Of a DNA stretch of 64,000 nt, positions 58,690-64,000 are shown piece by piece (the stretch's first letter is position 1; the number at the start of each line of letters is the position of its first letter). A program made the position numbers and the translations under genes. The notes under the pieces are model-generated. The model did not search any database and had not been told where the DNA came from. It saw only the letters and a program-made list of their open reading frames with translations. Location of the stretch: NCBI GenBank assembly GCA_031414595.1, contig JANNVX010000031.1:1-64000 (forward strand), given 5' to 3'. Source of the stretch: Deinococcales bacterium (GTDB taxonomy: Bacteria; Deinococcota; Deinococci; Deinococcales; JAAFIG01).

Positions 58690-59478
58690 TTATCCCATAT
58701 TAGTCGTAATTTCTCCACGCATGTACACCATTGCCTGACCACAAATCAGCACCCGATTGCCAAGCAACTCGCATTTCAAGACCCCACCTCGGTTTGAAAG
58801 CTGCCTCGCCTCGAGTTTAGTTTTACCTAGTCGCTCTGCCCAAAATGGGGTTAGAGTCGCATGAATCGAACCCGTAACAGCATCTTCGGGAATACCATAA
58901 CTTGGGGCAAAGTACCTCGAGACAAAATCGGCGCTATCGCCCTTAGCAGTAACACACACCGAGTACGGATGCACTTGGGCTAATTCTAAGTAATTCGGCG
59001 TAACCTCACGCACGGCTGTTTCTGAATCGAGCAGCAGAAAATAGTTCTCAAAGTTTTTTAGCACTGTAAGCGGTTTAGCCCCAATTCCCAAAAGCAATTC
59101 TTCGGGTGGCTCGAGGACGACTTCTGGAATAAAAGCCGGAAAATCCATCTCGAGCCAGTCTACATTTTTAGTCACCCGTAACTCCCCGACTTGGGTAAAG
59201 AATTTAATGGTGGCTTGGTCAAACCCGAGTTCGTCAAATAAGACTTTGGCAGTTGCTAGAGTTGCATGTCCACAAAAGTCCACTTCAAGCGTAGGGGTGA
59301 ACCAACGCAAGCCGTAACCATCAGCCTCGGGGACAAAAAAAGCAGTTTCGGCTTGGTTATGCTCCATCGCCATACGCTGCATGGTCGCATCAGGTAGCCA
59401 AGCCTCAAGTGGGACAACGGCGGCTGGGTTGCCCCCAAAAGCATGATTTGTAAACGCATCCACCAGAAAAAATTTCAA
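58690..59478 (-). CDS. PhzF-family isomerase
   Basis: VDAF..GGNPAAV, ETAF, RWFTP..EVDFCGHATLA, EDAVTGS; TTG start after GAGGG. Confidence 0.93.
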   Translation of the reverse strand: MKFFLVDAFTNHAFGGNPAAVVPLEAWLPDATMQRMAMEHNQAETAFFVPEADGYGLRWFTPTLEVDFCGHATLATAKVLFDELGFDQATIKFFTQVGELRVTKNVDWLEMDFPAFIPEVVLEPPEELLLGIGAKPLTVLKNFENYFLLLDSETAVREVTPNYLELAQVHPYSVCVTAKGDSADFVSRYFAPSYGIPEDAVTGSIHATLTPFWAERLGKTKLEARQLSNRGGVLKCELLGNRVLICGQAMVYMRGEITTNMG

Positions 59479-59612
59479 TTCATCCCTCTTTTTAGCCAAA
59501 TGCTCAGGCTCGAGGCTACAGTATGGCACAATTTGAAAAAGTAAAGAACAAATTTCTGCTTGACAATCCACAAAATTTGTCTTACGGAAGCCAAAAAATA
59601 ATATATTGAGCC

Positions 59613-60713
59613 ATGAACCAACCACTTTGGAATGACCATCCTTGGGATGCCCTGCCGCCACTCGAGACCGATATAACTTGTGACCTCTGCGTGATTGGCT
59701 TGGGCGGCAGTGGTTTAGCCGCCATTCTTGAGGGCGTAGACCAAGGTGCAAGTGTGATTGGCATAGATACCGTGGCAGTTGGGGCTGGGGCGGCTGGGCG
59801 CAATGGTGGTTTTGTGTTGGCGGGACTCGCCAGTTTTTACCATGAGGTCGTGGCGCAGTACGGGCGTTCTCGAGCCGCAAAAATGTACGGCGCGACACTC
59901 GAGGAAATTGAACGATTGCGAACACTGACCCCAAATGACATTCGGCACACGGGCAGTTTACGAATTGCCATGTCAGGCGATGAACTCGAAGATTGTGCTT
60001 TGCAAAAAATGGCACTCGAGGCGGATGGTTTTCCGGTGGAAAGTTATGAAGGCGCTGAAGGCATTGGGCTGTTATTTCCCGCCGATTGCGCCATGAATCC
60101 GTTAGCTCGAGTACGAAATTTAGCGCGGTTGGCGATTCTCAAAGGGGCAAGGTTATTTGAATCTTCAAGGGCTTTAGAAATAAAAACTGGTCTGGTGCGT
60201 GGCGAGAAGTTTTTAATTCGCGCCAAGAAAATAATCGTGGCGGTGGACGGTAAACTCGAGGGTATTTTCTCGGAATTAAAAGTTCGTACTGCCCGATTAC
60301 AAATGCTCGGCACAGCCCCAACCGAAGCACGTTTCTCGAGACCAGTTTATGCTCGGTTTGGCTATGAATACTGGCAGCAACTTCCAGATGGTCGGGTGGT
60401 TTTGGGTGGTTTCCGTGACCAATTCGAAACCGACGAATGGACATTTGAGGATTCTCCAAGTGAAAATTTACAGGCTCGGCTCGAGCATTTTTTGCGAACC
60501 GATTTAGGAGTTACCTCAGAAATCACCCATCGGTGGGCAGCCAGTGTTTCTTACTCGAGTGAGTTATTACCCGTTCTCGAGCAGGTGAGTACCGATGTTT
60601 GGGCATTGGGTGGCTACAGTGGCACTGGCAATGTGGTCGGCAGTATTTTTGGTCGCATGACAGCGCAATTGGCGTTACAAGGACATTCTAAAAGTTACGA
60701 TATTTGGGTGTAG
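59613..60713 (+). CDS. FAD-dependent oxidoreductase (DAO family)
   Basis: VIGLGGSGL, GAAGRNGG, GGYSGTG. Confidence 0.9.
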   Translation: MNQPLWNDHPWDALPPLETDITCDLCVIGLGGSGLAAILEGVDQGASVIGIDTVAVGAGAAGRNGGFVLAGLASFYHEVVAQYGRSRAAKMYGATLEEIERLRTLTPNDIRHTGSLRIAMSGDELEDCALQKMALEADGFPVESYEGAEGIGLLFPADCAMNPLARVRNLARLAILKGARLFESSRALEIKTGLVRGEKFLIRAKKIIVAVDGKLEGIFSELKVRTARLQMLGTAPTEARFSRPVYARFGYEYWQQLPDGRVVLGGFRDQFETDEWTFEDSPSENLQARLEHFLRTDLGVTSEITHRWAASVSYSSELLPVLEQVSTDVWALGGYSGTGNVVGSIFGRMTAQLALQGHSKSYDIWV

Positions 60714-60722
60714 AGTAAACAA

Positions 60723-60923
60723 ATGGGAGAGAACAAGAAAATCCGTAAACAAATAGCCAGTTTGATTGCTCGAGTTACCGAACACGAAATAAAAATTGCC
60801 GAAGAACTGATTCGAGAACAACCAAATTGGGGTGTTATTCGTAAATGGGAAACTGAAATTAACAGCTGGCAAGAGCAAATCAATCACAAAAGCAAACGCT
60901 TACCAGATTGGAGGAAACCATGA
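60723..60923 (+). CDS. Small helical hypothetical protein
   Basis: 66-aa amphipathic ORF, ATGA-coupled to the next gene. Confidence 0.7.
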   Translation: MGENKKIRKQIASLIARVTEHEIKIAEELIREQPNWGVIRKWETEINSWQEQINHKSKRLPDWRKP

Positions 60924-61132
60924 GCCTTAAAGAAATTGCAATAACCGAACTCGAGCAGAGCGCCAAACAAACCTTAGCTCGAATTGTTCAGCTTCGTCAA
61001 AGTAAAGAAGTAAGTGAAATTGAAGATATTGAAGCTGAGCTTTTCGCGGATGCTAGGGTGCTACAAGCCAAAGCGAGTAGTTTAGCGGTTGAACTCGAGC
61101 TTGAAGCCGAAGCTGAACTTGCGCTTGTTTAG
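60920..61132 (+). CDS. Small acidic hypothetical protein
   Basis: GGAGG RBS, ATG 60920, Glu-rich helix. Confidence 0.7.
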   Translation: MSLKEIAITELEQSAKQTLARIVQLRQSKEVSEIEDIEAELFADARVLQAKASSLAVELELEAEAELALV

Positions 61133-61187
61133 TGATTCTGGGTTGTTTGTTACGATATTTGCTTATAAAACCAGTTAAACTGCCATC

Positions 61188-62969
61188 ATGTCCTTAAATA
61201 AAAGAAATCTCGAGTTTATGCTTTATGAACTCTTTGACTTGGCTGCCCTGACCAGCCGCACCCGTTTTTCTGAACACGATAAAAGTGTGTTCGATGATGT
61301 GCTGAACATGTCCCTCGAACTTGCCAGAAAAGAATTCGCGCCACACAACCGTAAAAACGACCTCGAAGAGCCGCATCTCGAGAACGGCGTAATTAAAATT
61401 ATTCCAGAGGTTGGGCAAGCCCTAGACAAACTGCGTGAAGCTGGTTTTTTTGCGGCTCATGCCAATTTTGAAGATGGTGGGATGCAACTGCCGAATTTAC
61501 TCTGGAATGCTTGTCAAGCGGCTTTTTTGGCTGCCAATTGCGGTACGACGGGTTATGCGTTTTTGACCGTTGGGGCGGGAAACTTAATCTCGAGTTTTGG
61601 CACACAAGCGCAAAAAGAAAAATACTGGCATAAAATGCTGACGGGGCAGTGGTTTGGGACGATGTGTTTGTCTGAGCCTCATGCGGGGAGCAGCTTGGCT
61701 GATATTTACAGCAAAGCCACACCACACGAAGACGGCACATACCGCATCAAGGGTTCTAAAATGTGGATTTCGGCAGGTGATCATCATTTAGCCGAAAACA
61801 TTGTCCATATGGTTTTGGCAAAACTGCCCGATGCACCAGCTGGGGTCAAGGGAATTAGTTTATTTATTGTGCCAAAGTTTAGGCTCGAGCATGGACAGCT
61901 TGTGCCTAACGATGTGAACTTGGCTGGCTTAAATCATAAAATGGGCTACCGAGGCACAACCAATGCGCTGCTTTCCTTGGGTGAAGCAGATGATTGTCAT
62001 GCTGAATTGGTCGGGCAGCCTCATCAGGGCTTACCGTATATGTTCCAAATGATGAACGAAGCCCGAATTGGTGTGGGTATGGGCGGGGCGGCGCTGGCTT
62101 GCGCTGGTTTTGAGTACAGCCTTGGCTACGCCCTCGAGCGGCGACAAGGACGGCACGCTGGCAGTAAAGACCCACATGCGGCTCAGGTGCGAATTATTGA
62201 ACACACCGATGTGCGGCGGATGTTACTGGCGCAAAAAGCACTGGCAGAAGGCGCGTTGGCGCTGTGTTTGTACGCTTCAAAGTTGGTGGACGAGCATCAG
62301 ACGCATCCCGAACCAAGCAAGCAAAAAGAGGCACACACCCTGCTCGAGTTGCTGACCCCAATTGTTAAAGCATGGTCTACCCATTACGGCTTAGAAGCCA
62401 ATTACCATGCGATTCAGATTCTTGGCGGGTATGGCTACACCCGCGAGTACCCAGTCGAACAAATTTATCGTGATAACCGCTTAAATCCGATTCATGAAGG
62501 CACAAATGGAATTCAAGCCCTCGATTTATTGGGGCGTAAAGTTCCAATGCTGGACGGGGCTGGTTTAACCTTATTGGCTGCTCAAATTAAAGAAACCACG
62601 TCGCTGGCTCGAGAAGCAAATCTTTTTGAATTGTCCGAATCCCTAGACCAAGCCTTAGAAGTGGTGCAACAAACCACCATGGCTTTAATGAGTGCCAAAC
62701 ACAGCCCAGAATTGCGTCTGGCAAATGCTTGGCACTACCTCGAGATGCTAGGTCATACCGTTGTGGCTTGGTTGTGGCTACGCCAAGCGGTGATTGCTGG
62801 GCAAGCCTTGCAAAGTCGAACAGTGACTCGAGAATCCGAATTTTACCAAGGGAAATTACAAGCTGCCAAATACTTTTTTAAGTACGAACTGCCCAAAGTT
62901 GCCCTGTGGAGTAATCTGCTCAGCAGTTTTGACAACACGGCACTGGAAATGAACGAGAATTGGTTTTGA
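61188..62969 (+). CDS. Acyl-CoA dehydrogenase
   Basis: GTMCLSEPHAGS, GSKMWIS, KGISLFIVPK, MMNEAR, GGYGY, IHEGTNGIQ. Confidence 0.96.
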   Translation: MSLNKRNLEFMLYELFDLAALTSRTRFSEHDKSVFDDVLNMSLELARKEFAPHNRKNDLEEPHLENGVIKIIPEVGQALDKLREAGFFAAHANFEDGGMQLPNLLWNACQAAFLAANCGTTGYAFLTVGAGNLISSFGTQAQKEKYWHKMLTGQWFGTMCLSEPHAGSSLADIYSKATPHEDGTYRIKGSKMWISAGDHHLAENIVHMVLAKLPDAPAGVKGISLFIVPKFRLEHGQLVPNDVNLAGLNHKMGYRGTTNALLSLGEADDCHAELVGQPHQGLPYMFQMMNEARIGVGMGGAALACAGFEYSLGYALERRQGRHAGSKDPHAAQVRIIEHTDVRRMLLAQKALAEGALALCLYASKLVDEHQTHPEPSKQKEAHTLLELLTPIVKAWSTHYGLEANYHAIQILGGYGYTREYPVEQIYRDNRLNPIHEGTNGIQALDLLGRKVPMLDGAGLTLLAAQIKETTSLAREANLFELSESLDQALEVVQQTTMALMSAKHSPELRLANAWHYLEMLGHTVVAWLWLRQAVIAGQALQSRTVTRESEFYQGKLQAAKYFFKYELPKVALWSNLLSSFDNTALEMNENWF

Positions 62970-63150
62970 GATTTTGAATCTCGAGCCTCTAAGTCAAAGC
63001 GATTCTACTCGAGATTAGCCCCTAACGCCTACCATTGTGTCTTCGCCAAATTTAGGCTACTATTCGGCACTCCCAAAAGTTGAATCTGCTCGAGAAATTT
63101 CTCAAAACGGGGCGAAAACCGATTGTGCTATACTCTGGTCAGGAGGTTTT

Positions 63151-63339
63151 ATGGCTAAACCAATTTCACCAACACCAGTTCTAACCGGACAAGATGCCCA
63201 AGCTGTTATCCAGCAACTCGAGCGTGGTACACCCATGACTCCAGAACGACAAGCCTTTCTGAAACAAGCCCAAGCCAATTTCAAACGACACCAAACTGCT
63301 TTTGCTCGAGAAGGTATCGCTTCTGCACCTCGAACTTGA
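63151..63339 (+). CDS. Putative antitoxin upstream of a GNAT toxin
   Basis: AGGAGG RBS, MAKPISPTPVLTGQDA; overlaps the GNAT gene. Confidence 0.7.
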   Translation: MAKPISPTPVLTGQDAQAVIQQLERGTPMTPERQAFLKQAQANFKRHQTAFAREGIASAPRT

Positions 63340-63849
63340 CCAAATTACCATCCTTCCTTTACCCCAAGGTTTTGACTTTGAGGATTTTGATTGTGGCGAA
63401 CCAGACTACAACGACTATCTGCGAGATGGCACGGCGTACAGAGACGAAGCGGCGGGTGTAGCAAGGGTTTGTACGAAGACAAACTGATTGGGTACTTTGC
63501 AGTTCTGAACGACTCGATTCAACTCGAGACCAAAGAACGCCCAAAAACCATTGCTTACTCGAGTGTACCCGCTCTGAAAATTGGGCGTTTGGCAACAAGC
63601 GTAGAAGTTCAAGGACAAGGCATCGGAAAATATCTGGTGCAGGTCGTGGTTGGTTTAGCCATAGCCCAATCAAAGGTTGTCGGATGCCGATTTGTGACTT
63701 TGGATGCTTTACCTGGGCGAGAAGATTTTTACTTGAAACAGGGATTTGTTCGCAATAAACTTGTCCACAAAAACTTTGAGAAACTACGCAACAAACCATT
63801 AGAAAACACCAGTATGCGCTTGGATATTTTGATTGAAGAAAAAAGTTGA
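63302..63849 (+). pseudogene. GNAT acetyltransferase toxin, frameshifted near 63467
   Basis: FDCGEPDYNDYL is in one frame; LIGYF, PALKIGRLA, QGQGIG, GCRFVTLDA and FYLKQGF are in another. Confidence 0.8.
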
Positions 63850-63934
63850 AAATTTTACTCGAGCAGCGCCAAGCCCAAATTGGACAGATAGAAAACCACT
63901 GGAAAAAAAGCCGATGAACGCCTAAACTGATTCA

Positions 63935-64000
63935 ATGACCCTAACCTTACACCTCCCAGAAAAACTCGAACAGAAACTTCGAGCAGTTGCACAACAACAC
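63935..64000 (+). CDS. Partial RHH-like antitoxin (runs off the window)
   Basis: MTLTLHLPEKLEQKLRAVAQQH; TAAACT 6 nt upstream. Confidence 0.6.
   Translation, partial: MTLTLHLPEKLEQKLRAVAQQH

Noticed and set aside
59479-60015. Long N-terminal extension of the PhzF ORF
   Set aside because: It overlaps the opposite-strand FAD oxidoreductase; the family motif begins at the TTG at 59478.
1-64000. CTCGAG excess as a cloning or XhoI ligation artefact
   Set aside because: Sites lie inside intact, in-frame conserved genes and within RNA stems, so they are native sequence.

Overview
Bacterial chromosomal window, roughly 48% GC by eye, most likely Deinococcota. The evidence is a LysW/LysX aminoadipate lysine pathway, a Thermus-like dcw gene order and many leaderless genes with TANNNT 5-8 nt before the start codon. 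It holds the dcw cluster (mraZ to ftsZ, minus strand, no murE) interrupted by an antisense VapBC pair, tRNA-Gln/tRNA-Glu, a LacI-controlled polyol ABC and dehydrogenase operon, cysS, a GH2/SBP/ArsR sugar locus, coaE, pyrR-pyrB-pyrC, a multi-GAF histidine kinase, recJ, an ABC-2 exporter, rel, recQ, xdhC, lysU-lysV-lysW-lysX, an acyl-CoA dehydrogenase and several toxin-antitoxin modules, two with frameshifted toxins. The most unusual signals are not protein-coding. (1) The palindrome CTCGAG is about 20-fold over-represented, in the manner of HIP1. (2) There is a nested hierarchy of tiny repeats: heptamer hairpins, TIR-bounded MITEs carrying GTAG-REP doublets, and a 39-nt element inserted into three unrelated host repeats. 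(3) A leaderless Cys-Cys-Cys leader peptide with antiterminator/terminator precedes cysS. (4) Tandem PyrR boxes sit over the RBS of a leader ORF upstream of pyrR. All family calls are by recognition from sequence; no database searches were run.
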